The notes below the pieces were generated by a model that worked only from the letters and a program-made list of their open reading frames with translations, had not been told where the DNA came from and did not search any database. DNA of 64,000 bases from Haplodiscus bocki. Its lineage: Eukaryota. Location of the stretch: positions 49,042,001-49,106,000 of the forward strand of contig OZ296648.1 in the NCBI GenBank assembly GCA_965655095.1. Direction: 5' to 3'. Position numbers and translations under genes: made by a program. Of the stretch, positions 1 through 13,139 are shown in pieces. The stretch's first letter is position 1, and each line of letters opens with the position of its first letter.

Positions 1-847
1 CCCTTGCAAGTTATGGTTGACGACAACACGCCTGCAGCCCCTGACGATACCACTGCCTTCCTTCAGCTTAGTCTGCAGGAATTTATTGCCCTAAAGGCGC
101 TTGCTAATGAAACCTTGAATCAACCACCCCTTTTAACCAACGCATATACTGCCTGTAAAAACCCTCAGGTCCCTAGTCGTGTCTACCCAGACATCACAGC
201 CCCTCTTTATGCCGAGTCTACATCATAATATAAAAATTTTTTTCCCTAACATCTTTTTATAAATAACCTTAACATCAAATTAATATCACAAATGTATAGC
301 ACTTCTGTGCCCCCTTTTGTACGTCTCCGTACTTATGTCGCCTTGAGTCACATCTTGGCCCAGTTCTGCACGTTTCCGTGCCTGCTCTCTTGTACGTTTC
401 CGTACCTGCCCAGCTTCTATTGGCCCGTTTGCACGTGTCCGTGCCCACTTCTTTCATAGAGTTTGATCTGACCCTTCACAAATTGAGACCAACCATGTCT
501 CCCCTGTCTTATGATTTCGGCGTTGACAGTATACGTATCCGTATACACGTACCTCGAAAAAATTCAACAATAAAGACTCGTTTCCCATTTTTTTTCCTTC
601 CCCACCCTCTTTTTCTTTAATCCATAAATTGTGAAATGTTCTTATTATTTTTTTAATGCAGGTTTCCTCCAATGCATCCATCTGGCATTCTCTTTTACAC
701 CAGCAATGGCGCAGTAGCTGTTGTCTCCTCCGGCGATGTTGTCCTCATTTTAGATGAGCGCGAGTATCGTGTCCTGCGGATTAATCCGCACTCGTCAACA
801 GTCGTTTTTCGACGGGTCGCGACGCAACTGCCAAACAACGGAGCTTT

Positions 848-1576
848 ATGCGTCCCTCCAGATCAATTTGTGTACTTCCTGTCCCAACCCGCGAGGCGTC
901 TGTCGCTGTGGACGAACCTACTGGAAAAAGTTTGTGTGAGATTCCTCCCCCTCCAGTTCTCCCTGACAACCTCGGCGCTCAAAATGAATGTAACCTTGAC
1001 GCTGACGCTTACACATCTTTCAAACATCTAGAGTTTGACAGTGTCGATCGTCTCTCTCAAGGCTTCGAGGAAGCCAAACTTTCTGACAACTCTGCTTTCA
1101 AGGAACTTTGTGAAGATATCCTCCGCAGGATTTCTTTAAAAGATCAAATAACCGACCTCAAAACCCGAATTGCAACACTGACGTCCGAAAACGAAAATCT
1201 CTCAAAGCGAACCCTCGAATTAACAGAGGATGTATCCTCCCTTAAATCAATAACAGCAAGCAGCCGTCACGTGCCCGTTGTGCAAAGGATGGTGTGGTTC
1301 AACATCCTCAAACTCCCCCTTCTGCAAATGCCCTTAGACAAATATCCCAAGGACGTACCTCCCGAATAATTCTTCGACCTTCTGAATTGTTCCCCTTCTT
1401 CGACCCCTGAAATAATTCAAGAAAACCTACGCTGTCTTTTACAACTTCTACAACCGGATAAAAATCTTTCCGCCCCTCCTGCTGCTAGCTAAGTTGTTCC
1501 AACTGTCTCCTATATAAAAACAATCCTTCTAGACCCTGTTCTTCTGCCAGTATATAAATGTTGTGACTTCTTTGGC
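848..1576 (+). pseudogene. Accessory ORF of an LTR retroelement: coiled coil followed by a decayed DnaJ/J-domain
   Basis: ORF 848-1369 has a heptad-like stretch (LKDQITDLKTRIATLTSENENLSKRTLELTEDVSSLK). In frame past TAA 1367-1369 it reads FFDLLNCSPSSTPEIIQENLRCLLQLLQPDKN...*...ILLDPVLLPVYKCC, which fits the J-domain pattern (Y..LGV...A...EIK.AYR.LA...HPDKN...VLSDP..R..YD). It lies just upstream of a PPT and LTR. Confidence 0.6.
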
Positions 1577-1732
1577 GTTGTCCGACGCCAAAGAGGCTAT
1601 AGATCTTGCAGAAAATGCGACCCTTTTCTACAATCACTTGACGGTTTAATGGATCTTTCATCTTGTTTTATAATTTTATACATTGTAACAATTATTGTTC
1701 GCTTTTTTCTATTTGCGGGACGCAAACCCAAT

Positions 1733-1745
1733 AAAAGGAGAGCGC
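1733..1745 (+). promoter_or_regulatory. Polypurine tract (PPT)
   Basis: AAAAGGAGAGCGC directly before TGTAGCAG, the LTR start. Confidence 0.6.
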
Positions 1746-2558
1746 TGTAGCAGTTGAATTTTCGAGCCTAAAATTTCTTTCTTATTTCTTTCTTAAACTT
1801 TCCTTTAATAACCTGAACCAAATTTGTAGCCATTGAGTCAAGTACCCTCGAGTGCCCTTGTCAAAAAAAGCTTACTTTCATAAAACACGTAATCCTGTAA
1901 TCACTGCTGTTTAATATACAAAATATTCTTTCTACTCTTTCTCTCGACTTACAAAAAACGCTTTCTATAACACTTTAGTGTGCATTTTACAAACACTTAG
2001 CATTTCTGGAACACTTTTGTCTACCGTTTGCAACATTTATATGCAGTCGTAAAATTTTCTCTTAAAGTTAATAAAGTTAATAATTTGCCATAAAGTCAAA
2101 ACTGATCCGACCCTTGCCCCTTCCGGGCCCGCTGTTAATTTAGTACAAATTCAGCACCGAAATTTCAACCATCGAAATTTTCAATACAACAAGAAAAGAC
2201 CAGAACCCAACAACTCTACCCGGAAACAGTTGCCTCGTCTTTCGCGAAGAAGAAGAAAACTCCCTTTTGTCAACGCAGTGACTACCAGTCCCCCACAACA
2301 ATTTCAAGAAGAAACTTCCAAAATTATGTAAGCGACTGTTAACTTTTGTAATAATTTCTTTTTTTTTCTAATTTAAATTCCTCCCCAAAAACAAAGGAAT
2401 CCTTTTTCAATCACTTGAGTTATCCCGTTAGAAACCACAACTAAAAACACCTAAAGAGTAATTTTAGAAATTACTGAAGTACCCATTCCAATAACAGTCG
2501 TCCTCCGCATCCAAAATTATTTTCTAGCGAACTGTTTTGAAAACATACGACTGTTACA
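1746..2558 (+). mobile_element. LTR (~813 bp) of an LTR retrotransposon
   Basis: Starts TGTAGCAG and ends CTGTTACA (7/8 inverted repeat, TG...CA). A PPT precedes it and a PBS follows it. Confidence 0.7.
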
Positions 2559-2561
2559 AAA

Positions 2562-2579
2562 TGGTGACAGGAGTGGGAT
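2562..2579 (+). promoter_or_regulatory. Primer-binding site, tRNA-Leu type
   Basis: TGGTGACAGGAGTGGGAT, 3 nt after the LTR-terminal CA. It is one mismatch from the complement of the common eukaryotic tRNA-Leu 3' end (ATCCCACTCCTGACACCA). Confidence 0.75.
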
Positions 2580-2826
2580 ATCTCAAGTGAAAGGTCGTTT
2601 AAAAACGATCCGTGTGCAATTTTTGAAAATTGTAAAAGTGACATAGTGTTTCCCCTTTCTTAGCTTTGGCCCAAGACTTTCGTCCACTGTTTTTTTGTCA
2701 CTGAATGTCAGTGCCCGCCAGCTAAGATCCTCTTCACCGGACTGTGTCCGAGCCTAATTTCCCCAGCTTCGTGCTTTGTATTCCGCGTTATGCGAGTTCT
2801 GGCAAGACCCGCTTTCGGGAGCTGAC

Positions 2827-5600
2827 GGAAATTCTTAGTTTTCTCTTTTATATTATCAGGTTATTTTGAAAGAATTTCGGTAAAATAACCAATATCACTA
2901 TCATCAGCAGTATTCACAATATCTTCTAATTTAATACTTGTAGCAAATTTAATTTCATCATAAGGTAGATATTCACCCATAGCCCAACCCTTTAAAATAT
3001 TAGCAACACTATATAACATCTTTTTACTTTCATTTGATTTTTTATATCCATCACCCTTTACAATGCTTGTGCCTCCTCTAAAATTATACTCAAGTAATAG
3101 AATCATATATTTATCTTGAAGTGTTTTTAATTTAATATCAGTATGTTTCAACCGACACTGCCATGTATAACCGGGGGAGAGTTACAAAATTGAGTGAGTT
3201 GATATCAAATTCCTTAATCGATACTTTTGTAAGTTTCTCCAACAAACATGTAAGCAAAATAACATCACTTTTTAGGTATGCTTTTGTTAATTTTTTCCGT
3301 TTTTAATATCAAACAAATCTACATTTTTTTAGTTCTTTCTCTTTCGTCGTCATTTGAACTTTCATTTTTCAAATTACTGAAGAAATCCTCTTCTTTTAAA
3401 TTATTAACAAGTTTTTGATAACCAATGATACAAATGAAATCTTCGTATTGATATGCTATTTTCCTACCCGAATAATTCCATATATCAGGAGAGTTTTTTT
3501 CAAACTGTTAAGAATATTTTCAGATATATAATTAATTGAAGCTTCTTCTAATTTTTCAGTTTCATCTGGAAAACCTTTCTTCAACACTTCATCAGTTCTA
3601 TCCTCACTAGTCAAAATTTCTACTTCATCAACAATATTTAATAATTTATCATCACCAACAATTCCATTTTCCAAGATTTTTAAGGGTTTTATGATTATTA
3701 TCAATGAGTGTTCAAACTGATGAATCTAAATTGCTTGATAAAAATCCATGAGTATCTATAAACCTTCTACATCCATATGTTGCTGATAGGTATTCTTCAT
3801 TTGTTTTAGGTATATCATTACATTTTACTCTATCATTCTTTTCTACAAATAACTCCTACAAAAAGATGACAACCATGAATACTGAATTTGTGAAACACAA
3901 TTGGAATTAATTTTTTTTGTTTCTGTGTAACCTTAACATTACATTCATTATGAGCGGGTCCTTTATTTTTACTTGGCAAATGACAATTATCTATAACTTC
4001 ATCAACATTTCTTTTTTTCGCGCGAAATTGACAGATGTTATTATTTCTATAAAGTTCTCCATCTTTTTCATTCTCTATATTATCTTTACTAACGTTTTTG
4101 AAAAGAAAACCATTTTATTTTCTAAATTTCCAACCTCATCTACAAACCAATCAACATTATTATAACCTAAAGTAGATTCACAATATCAACTTTATAAAAC
4201 ATCACTTAATACAGATACTATATAATATTCATTACGTAGAGGGTTTTTTTGTAAAAATTAGTTGTTTTAAATCCTGTGCTGGATAAATCGTTTTCATTAT
4301 CAGCCTCAAAATCTTCATATATCGTAAAATATATTGGACTGTTATGAGAAGGTTTTTCTTCCAATAAAGAAGAGTTTCCTTTGAAGTTTCGATACTCGTT
4401 ATTTCTTGTTGATTACATCTTTGTTTGTGTTTCATTATTACCATTCGACTTGAAAAAACCCAAGCAACGTCTACATACTAATTTAGAATCATGTCTACCT
4501 AAAATACGATAATTTTATTAATGAAAACAAAAATTTTTTTAGAATAGCAAGTCAACAAAGATTTTTACTAATTTCAACAGGGATTGATTTATGTTTCCAA
4601 TTATTCTCATCTTGACAAAAACATATTTCGTATAGGTTTAGAGATAGTATTTTGAATTTTCAAATTTTTGAACATCACTACGTTCAAATCTATCTGAGAA
4701 ATGGATAGTTTGAATGTTTAATACAATAAAATATTGTCTACACTTCGAATTTCTATTAGCATGACTTTTCTTACAAGGAGGTGGACTAGCTAATATTGAC
4801 CAAAAGAAACGATCTTTATCATCATTTTCAATATTTGAGAGAGCCGAAAAATTGGAAGGAATTTTCAAATAATTTGGTCCATTCACTTCACTAGTTTAAC
4901 AAAAAGTTGTTTTCATTGAATCAATTTTATCAAATAACCAACCACTATCGTTTAGTTCCTGATTCTGAATATGATATTCTAATTGAAAAAAATTATTAAA
5001 AGTATCAGTATCAGATTCTGTTAGATTTTGATCATAACTCAAGTTAATAAATAATTCAGTTTCATCTAGTAACTGATCATTATCATCCAGTTCATAAAAT
5101 CTTCCTGAAGACAACGTTTGATTTTAAATATATATTGATGTTTTAATCTCGCATAAACCTGAGCAATTTCCCATATTATCTTACCGACATAGGTTTTTTC
5201 AATTTAATCATTATTTTGACGTAACAGTTAAGATAGAATTGGAGTGATTATTATGATCACTATCTAGAGTGATACTGGAGGCTATCTTTGCTTTTCTGTC
5301 GGTGAAACAATATGGAATCTTCGTCCTCTTAGCCAATTCTGTCTTTAGTTGTTTAGCACCTATTGCAATATTATCTCTTGCACTTTGTTTTAGGGATCCG
5401 GGATTACGTCTTTTTCTAGGTATACTTTCAATAGATTTTGGAATTAACCAGCCTGGTATAATCAAATCAAATTTTCTATTTTTTTTTAGTGTTTTTTACT
5501 TTCTGAGTGTTTTGCGTATGATGCTCTGTGAACTTCATAATTAAAAGTATCACATCTGTGCCTCTTTTTCACTTTGTGTCTCTTTTTTCATAGGATAAAA
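2827..5600 (-). pseudogene. Protein-primed DNA polymerase B (element A), fragmented, C-terminus missing
   Basis: ORF pieces RGGTSIVKGD, ANILKGWAMGEYLPYDEIKF, SDIGYF, IENDDKDRFFWSILA; collinear with element B pPolB. Confidence 0.85.
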
Positions 5601-6919
5601 AGCAAAAAATGATTTATCTGAGGTCTCAATTTTTTCCCACCTCAGTCAAACTGGTATTAACAGTATAACACAAATCATAATAGTTCATAGTCACACTCTC
5701 AACTTGAGGCTCCCGCACTAAAGTTTTCATTAACAATAATACTTCATGCATAATCGCAGCTAAACTGTTAGCATTTTTGGCAAAAATATCTTCTTAAATT
5801 GAAAAAATCTACTTGGCCTGCTCTTTTTATTTTCATTAAAATATTTACTAACATTTTGATGAAATCCCTACTTTGTTTTACCTTTCAAGTATTGTATTTT
5901 CCTAATTACACCTTCTGTTGGTTTAAACTTTATATTAATCAGAGATAAACGTATTTCTCTAAACATTTTATTTGCATAATGTAATCTCGTAGAAAATTTC
6001 TTATCTTGTCTAAGAACATTTTTAACTATCTGACGTTTTTTTTTGCTAACGATGATTTGGCAATTTCTACTTTCATAACATTCATCATTTTTAATCCAAT
6101 TACGTTGCTTGCAGCTCGGATTTTTGATATCTTATTTTGCTTCTCTACCTTTTTTTAAATTTGACTTTCGTTTTGGATATGATTTAACGTGTACTTGTCC
6201 GTTTTCTTTTTAAACTCTTCTTTGATTCCGTCTTGTTTGTGTTTCTTTTATTTCTTGATATTGTGTCCCCAAGCGTTTTGGTGGTTTTGGATCTTGTAAT
6301 ATAATATCTGCATTTGGAGGGATAATATACTTTTTTCCTTACTCCAACAACAAATTTACTATTAGGATACTTCATTTGGACAAAATGAAACATTTGGCAT
6401 TAAATCAAAACTGTTTATGTCTTCATATTATTCCTCATAAAATGCTATTCCTTCAGTAAACTCATACTATCATGTCCCACTTTATAAAAACCTTTGGTTC
6501 TCCACATTAAAATTTTTGTTCAAAATCTTCATCATCCATTTTTTTATGTTTTTCAACTAATGCATTTTTAATTTTTTAATTCCTGTTTTTTGATCTTCTT
6601 AAACGTACAGACACTTTTTCAATATAATCACCTTGATTTGTTTTATATACATCTATGCAAAGGCATAATTTTTTCCTTCCAGCCTATTTTATTGTTAAGT
6701 TTTGTTTTTCTTGGCAATATCACTAAGTTGGTTTTTTTCACTTTACAAGGTTGTAACCACATGCAACACTTGCGTCTTCATTTTCATAGGGTAAAAGTGT
6801 GTTACGTGTACAATGCAAACATCGTTTAGCAGATTTGTCAAGTATATCATCTTCAGTCACTGACATTTATTAGTTCTCATTTTATAGAAGTAAAATTCTT
6901 TCATATCTCGATTGTTTTC

Positions 6920-7760
6920 TTTAAGGCCTAATTTTGTAGATCTCAATAGGTTTGCATTGTACCTCTCGAGTAAATAGTTGACTTAACGAGAGGGGTTTGT
7001 GAAGTAAAAAGCTTCGGTTTTTGTGTATAATTCTTAGCTATATCTTGTACTATCACTTCACTAAAAACTTTTGTATATTCTGCAGTTCTAACTAAGTCTC
7101 CTAATTTGAATTTTGGTTTGTTTTTTTTTCATTTTGTCTTGGAGACTGTTTTAGATTGTTTTTTCAATCATTTTTATTTAAAGGTTTCAATCGGCGTCAT
7201 TTTTGTTGAGTGGTGTATGGTATTGTTATACTTCTTCATAACGGAGAGTAATTCACTGAAACAATCACTATTACTTGATTAAAATACTGGCTTTTTCAAC
7301 AAATTACGTATGGTACGATTCACTCTTTCAGCAATAGACGGACTTTTGTCAGTAAACCTTCAATACTGATGTATTTTTTAAACTTTCAAAAAATTCTGAA
7401 AGACAGATTTAAAAAACTCTTTAAAGCGATCGCTTCCTATTTTGATATGTGTTCTCTTTGAAGTAGCTGAAACTTCTGAAAGTTTGTTTGTTGTTGTTTG
7501 AGCGTTTTTCTTCTTCAACGAGATGCACCGAGTTAATTTTGAGAATTCCTCGATTATATCAAATATTCATCTAAACCCACTTTTGTTTGAAACCCTGCAG
7601 TTGATCATGAAACCCTGCAGTCAATCATGTAAGCTAAATCAGTGGACCATATTTCATCGATGTGGCTATACAAAAAATTGTTGGTTTCATAGTTTTCTTT
7701 AGGAGGTTTGGAATAGAACTCATCAATGAAAATCTTGAGGAGGTCCCACTTCACTCAATT
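6920..7760 (-). pseudogene. Retroviral-type (RVE) integrase (element A)
   Basis: Reverse complement gives IFIDEFYSKPPKENY, SDRFKEF, KSPSIAERVNRTIRNL, YNNTIHHSTKMTP, GDLVRTA; matches element B 38995-39824. Confidence 0.8.
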
Positions 7761-7769
7761 TGATGATTT

Positions 7770-8330
7770 GATAAGCCTTAAAAAACTGCGGTCTATCATC
7801 TAAATAATATTAATTTTTATACCTCTTCCATGATGATCCTTTTTATAGAGAAGTTACGTGGTTTTCCGATTAAAAGCATCTCTCAATGCTTCGTTATCAG
7901 ATACATTAAACAAACAAATTGGTTTTATGTGATCTATTTCTTAATTTGACCAATTAAACTCTGGTGTAAATTGATCCTCAATCCACCTTATATAAGTATC
8001 AATATCCATTCCTATTTCATCTTTTGCAGAAGATGAGTTTGAGTCACCATTGAAAACTTGATGAATCCCAGGCCTTGTGTTTTCAACTTTACGAAAAACA
8101 ACATGTGTTGTTCTCCAGTTTTTAAAATACTCATTGATACTTTTCTTCATGAAAGTTTTGGAGAAATTGTTTAATCCATTCTTTTTTTCTATTTTTGTAA
8201 AAATTATTTTTTAAACATATTGATTTAAATCTTCTACATCTTTGAACCAATTCGAAAACAAATAGACTTCTAAAGCAATCACGCAATTTGATATAAAAGG
8301 TTCTTTGGAACAAATTTTACGTAACTCTCA
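7770..8330 (-). pseudogene. HNH-type endonuclease (element A)
   Basis: ORF 7941-8150 (IGMDIDTYIRWIEDQFTPEFNWSN) continues past a stop as EIDHIKPICLFN, the W.IDH..P motif of virus-type HNH nucleases. Confidence 0.6.
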
Positions 8331-10039
8331 GTCTCAGACTATTCTCATGCATGTCGACTAAGCCCAAAACTTTACCTCCTGATATATTTTCAATAGATTA
8401 GTTGTAGTTTAGACAAACTGGGCAATTTTGCTTTTTGCTCCAACAGCTGTGCCCATAACAGGTGCTAGAGTGTTTACTGCTGGTTTAAGAAACGAACCCC
8501 ACGCATTCTGAGTACCTTCAAAAGTTTTCGGTAATTTTCTTTGAAAACCACTATCTTCCAACATGATTTGCTTAGGGGTAAACGTTAATTGATTTTGAGA
8601 TTCCTTTTTAGGGTTGGAAGACATGCCATGTTTTTCAAGCAAATGAACGTTTTTATTCAAATCACACCATGAAAGTTTCTACATTGGTGATAAAAATTGT
8701 TTTTGCAATTTGCCGATTTTTTAAGTCTTTCTCCTTGAGTCCGTTTGGCTTTAGTTTGTTTATTCGTTTACTTAGTATAAATTTGTGACTTAGATATACC
8801 ACAAAAATCACATTTTCTTCTTCTAATTTTTACTTTCTCGTATTCGATTATATCAAAAGTGTTAGACATACATCTACGACCAACACCATAGGTTTGTTTT
8901 TGATCCCTTTAGTTACTAAAAAGTTGAATGTTCAAGAGGAGCACTCAATTCAAATTTTTCTTCCTTTTCTAGGCTTAACTAAACTTGTCTTCATACGGAA
9001 ATTAATGTTTACGTCATTTCGGCCCAACAAATATTTCATTTTTTTGCCCGTTCTGGTGAAATAGAATCCTTGTTCAAAATATCACCGAATACATCCTCAA
9101 CTTTGAGTTGAGTAATCTTCATTTTTCTAGTTCGGTTATGCGATAAAGGATTACAAATCTTTTTTATTTCTACTGCTCGTTTTTCATCTATCATTTTATC
9201 AACCATTGATTGTTTTATTGCCTTTTCTTATAGAAGAGTAATTACATTGATACAATTTCTTAATTTAGTCTAAAGAATTTTTGATCTGGTGAAGTATTCG
9301 TTTGAGATCAAAATAGCTATAGATGTAATCAGAGCTGTACTACATGATGTGATAATGCCCACATTCGGATTAACAATTGATTGAGTAGAAGTGGTTGTTG
9401 TTGATCCACCTTCGAATTAAATTTCTGTGTTGTTCAATAATGCGTTCTTTTGATTCAGTCCTTTATAGTTTTTTGTAGTATTCATTATTAAGTTTAAGTG
9501 ATTAAAATTTTTCAAGATCGAGTTTCTTTGTTTCTTTTGTAGCTCTTCCAATTGATCATCCTTTGATTTTGTTTTTGAAATTTTTGGATCTCCATTCGAA
9601 TTAGGATAAGCCGTTTAATAAAAATAAAAAAGTACTATTTTAAAAATCTCTGTCTGTGTAATTTTTTCGAAGAAAGCTTTTTTTATTTTATTTACTTCTT
9701 GATGCCTAAATTTTCTCTGTTTCAATTATTCTGGGTCGCTTATTGATGATAATAATATTAGAGATCTTTCATCTCTAACATCTTCAAACATTGATAAGGA
9801 AGAAGCTTCCAATTGTTTATTAGGATTTTCTTCGATATTATCTGCTTCTTCGTTATTGTTGTAATCCAAGTAATCTTCATTTTGGTCGAATTGTATCTTT
9901 TTTAAATTCTACGCATAGACTATTAATATCATATTTCAATTACCCACCTTCGTGTAACAAATCAACATTGTTTTGAATTACAGACATTACTAATACTATC
10001 GTTTTATATTTGGGTGTTGATTCGGAGATTTCCTTAAAT

Positions 10040-11390
10040 TTTTTTATAGGATCAATTTAGTACACAGATTGTGTTATCGTATTATTGCTTGAATACATAT
10101 CTGCTAACGCATTATCTAACTCATCAAAAATCAGTTTTATTCCATAGTTCTCAAAATTGAAATAGAAACTAAAAAAAGTCCAATCAGTTGATGAAGCAGT
10201 AAAGCAATCAGTTTTTGGTATACTACATCCTGTACTCTATAGATTATCACCCAATAGCAGTTGAATTCTGAGGCGTCCAATTCATTTGCTTTTTCCTGGT
10301 GAGAGGCGGCTTTAATAGCAGTTTATGTTAATAAGTTTAAAAATATCTGTTGGTGCAAAGCTTCAAAAAACAATCTGACCATAAATTTTAGCACTCGTTT
10401 CAATTTACAAAAACTTACCACCCATTGGATGTAAGTTTGTTGATCCTGTATTCGGAGTTCGAGTACCTGCTTTTGATGATTTTATGAGTTTCTGTCTTTC
10501 TCTAATAAAATTTTCATCGTTACATTTTATAATCCACTGTTTTAACAAAAGTCTTCCTTGATTAGAGTGTCTAATTAGTGTTGTATCTGTAATTTGTATT
10601 TTGTCGTATATAGTAAGATTTTGAACATCGTTTCCAACAGATAATTTGAGATGGTTTCCTAGTGTTTGATTAACTCAGGAAAAATAATTTTTATCCAACG
10701 TATCATCAAAATTTTTTGTTTGCTAGTTCATTAACTGAAGTGGGTTCTCTATTAACTGTGATACTATTTAATTTAGTTAATCAATAAGCGTTAAATTCAT
10801 CGTCTCGATTAATTTTAACTAAATCACTCGATTTTATATAAAAATCTAATTCAAGTCTCGTTTAGATCTTTCGTTTTTCTGATGCAATTGGTCTGCATAT
10901 AATTTAGTAACAACTTGATTATCGTGAATTGCTTGAGTGTTTAAAAAAGTAATATTTATGTCAGTTAGGTTAGAATTATTAAACTCATTATCTTGATTAT
11001 TTCTGACCAACATTGGTTCATCTACTTGCTTGGAGATAGCTTGATTAACATATTGTTTAGCTGTTAGGTGTTCTCAAGCTGCGGGCTTGCAGCTTACTTC
11101 ATCAAATCAAACGTTATCAAGATTTTTATCCTTGGAGTCAACATTTGCAATGTTTTTTACTATACGAGGATCGTTGAATAAAGTATCAAAATATTTTCTT
11201 GAAGATGCTTCTCTGATGCTGATTGGATCTCTTAGATTTTTAGTTCTATATTGATTTCTCATGTTTATATCTTCTTCAATGTTGGATTCGAGATAGTTTG
11301 TTCTCAGGTATGGTTTTTATACAAAGAGAGTTGTATCAAATTTATTTTCCGTAATCCCAGATGTGCTGCCAAAAACATCGGCATTTAATT
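10040..11390 (-). pseudogene. Fibre-like repeat protein (element A)
   Basis: Repeats LTAKQYVN, VVTKLYAD, ELANKKF.DD; homologous to 42310-43640. Confidence 0.5.
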
Positions 11391-11399
11391 AACAAAATA

Positions 11400-11790
11400 T
11401 CCTTCTTAAAACAGCATCATAATATTCTATAAATCTTATTAGATAGAAAAAGTAGAAGAAATATTTCCCATACAATCTACTATTGATTTCCTGATTTTTA
11501 TATTTATGTTAAATTCTTGGTTTTGGCAATTGTTGAAGTGAAACTTTATCAAGTTGTCCACCAAACGAGTCAAATTACATACAATGATTTGTTGTCTCTG
11601 ATGTAAAAGCAAGTCCAGTAAGTACCACCTAGGTCTCCATTATCGTTAATTACAAATCATCTGTTTGTTGATAGTTTTGAAACTCTAGGACGAAGAAGAT
11701 AGTTATAAATTTCCTTCAAATCACTCAATCATAGTATTATTTTTTAATATAAAAGTTTTTTGCATAAAATCTTCAAAATTAGGTTTTGTC
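11400..11790 (-). pseudogene. Adenain-like cysteine protease (element A)
   Basis: Reverse complement GDLGGTYWTCFYI...DSFGGQLDK; counterpart of 43790-44180. Confidence 0.7.
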
Positions 11791-11799
11791 ATATTTTAT

Positions 11800-13075
11800 A
11801 ACTTTGACCTGAGTAGTTTTGTGTCCATTTGAAATCAATTTTAGCTGTCTGTGTTTTATTATTATAACAAAGTTTCTAGCATTAATTGGTGCCGCTCCAT
11901 AATTCTCAAAAATTTGACCCTTTTTAGGAGAATTGTGATCGACTTGAAATCATTAGTCAATGACCTGAACAGGATGGAAATTTTTCATCTTAGTATGAGT
12001 TAGAAACGGATTTAATATTGATTCTCGTATATTTTCTCTGAAAAGTGCTTTGAGATCTCTATCTTGATTGATCCTCCGGATATCTTGTACCAATTGTAAC
12101 TACAAAAAACTTTCCAACATCAAGCTGATCGAAAATTACTATTTTGTTTGCTTTATTTGGCAATCAATTTCGTGCTTCTGTTTGATGAGCTCCAGATGAA
12201 CATTTAGGACTATTAATATCGGATGAAAATCCTACATCGTTTTGAAAATATAGACCGCTATTAACGGTTCGTCTAACAGTTGTCAATGAATCGAACGTTA
12301 GTGTATAACAATTTTTGATTGACTATTCAGACATTGTTTGAGTTGATGGATCACGGATGGACACAAGTACATGTAATAAAAAAACATTTAAACATTATAA
12401 TTTTATTTTCACCTAAAAACGTAAAAATAAAATCGTGTAAATCAGCAGTTTTGAATTTTGAATGGAAGCCTAACTTTTCTGTAACCTTTTTGAATGTTCT
12501 ACAGAGTCTATAAAATTGCTCAAAGCGTAGCTGACCTTTGATTTTGCCTGCATCAGCTACCTGTTTTTGATCATTATTAAGTATCTGATTCAGTTATGAA
12601 TCTTTGATTCCATTCTCGGATTCATCAATTTTACCAAAGTACGATAGCAAATGTTGATCTTTGTTTGCTAAAAGTCTCATAATTGTTGAAATATGACCAA
12701 CATGTTTATCTACTTTTATCTGCTCTCATCCGTTAGTAGAGAGGGTTGCTAGATTGATTGCATAAACAAAAGCATTCTTCACCAATCGAATAGGTTCAGC
12801 TAAATTACCATCTACATTGAGATTAATGAAAATACTTCCGTTTTTTCCGAGTGTTATATCAAATTCTAGATATGCATTTTTTTTGGTTATGGCAGTTAGT
12901 TTCATCGGAAATCAAATCAATACCGTGGTTACTGATACTTATTCCAGCTACTTGTTGATGGTACATTTTCATAAAATCTCGTTTGATAAATTGAGGAGTA
13001 TCAATTAATGTATCAACTATTAATTGAAAATCTATCATGCCCATTTCAGTAGTTGAAAACATTTTTCATATTATA
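11800..13075 (-). pseudogene. Major capsid protein (hexon, element A)
   Basis: ORF 12859-13062 (FIKRDFMKMYHQQVAG) is homologous to 45227-45505; collinear position. Confidence 0.7.
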
Positions 13076-13139
13076 CCACCAAATGCTGAGGATGATTTCT
13101 GTTTAAATGTTTGTAAACTTTAAAGTAATATTGCTTTAG

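Noticed and set aside
300-450. Short degenerate repeats (CACGTTTCCGTGCC-like)
   Set aside because: Few imperfect copies inside a retroelement; no function can be supported.
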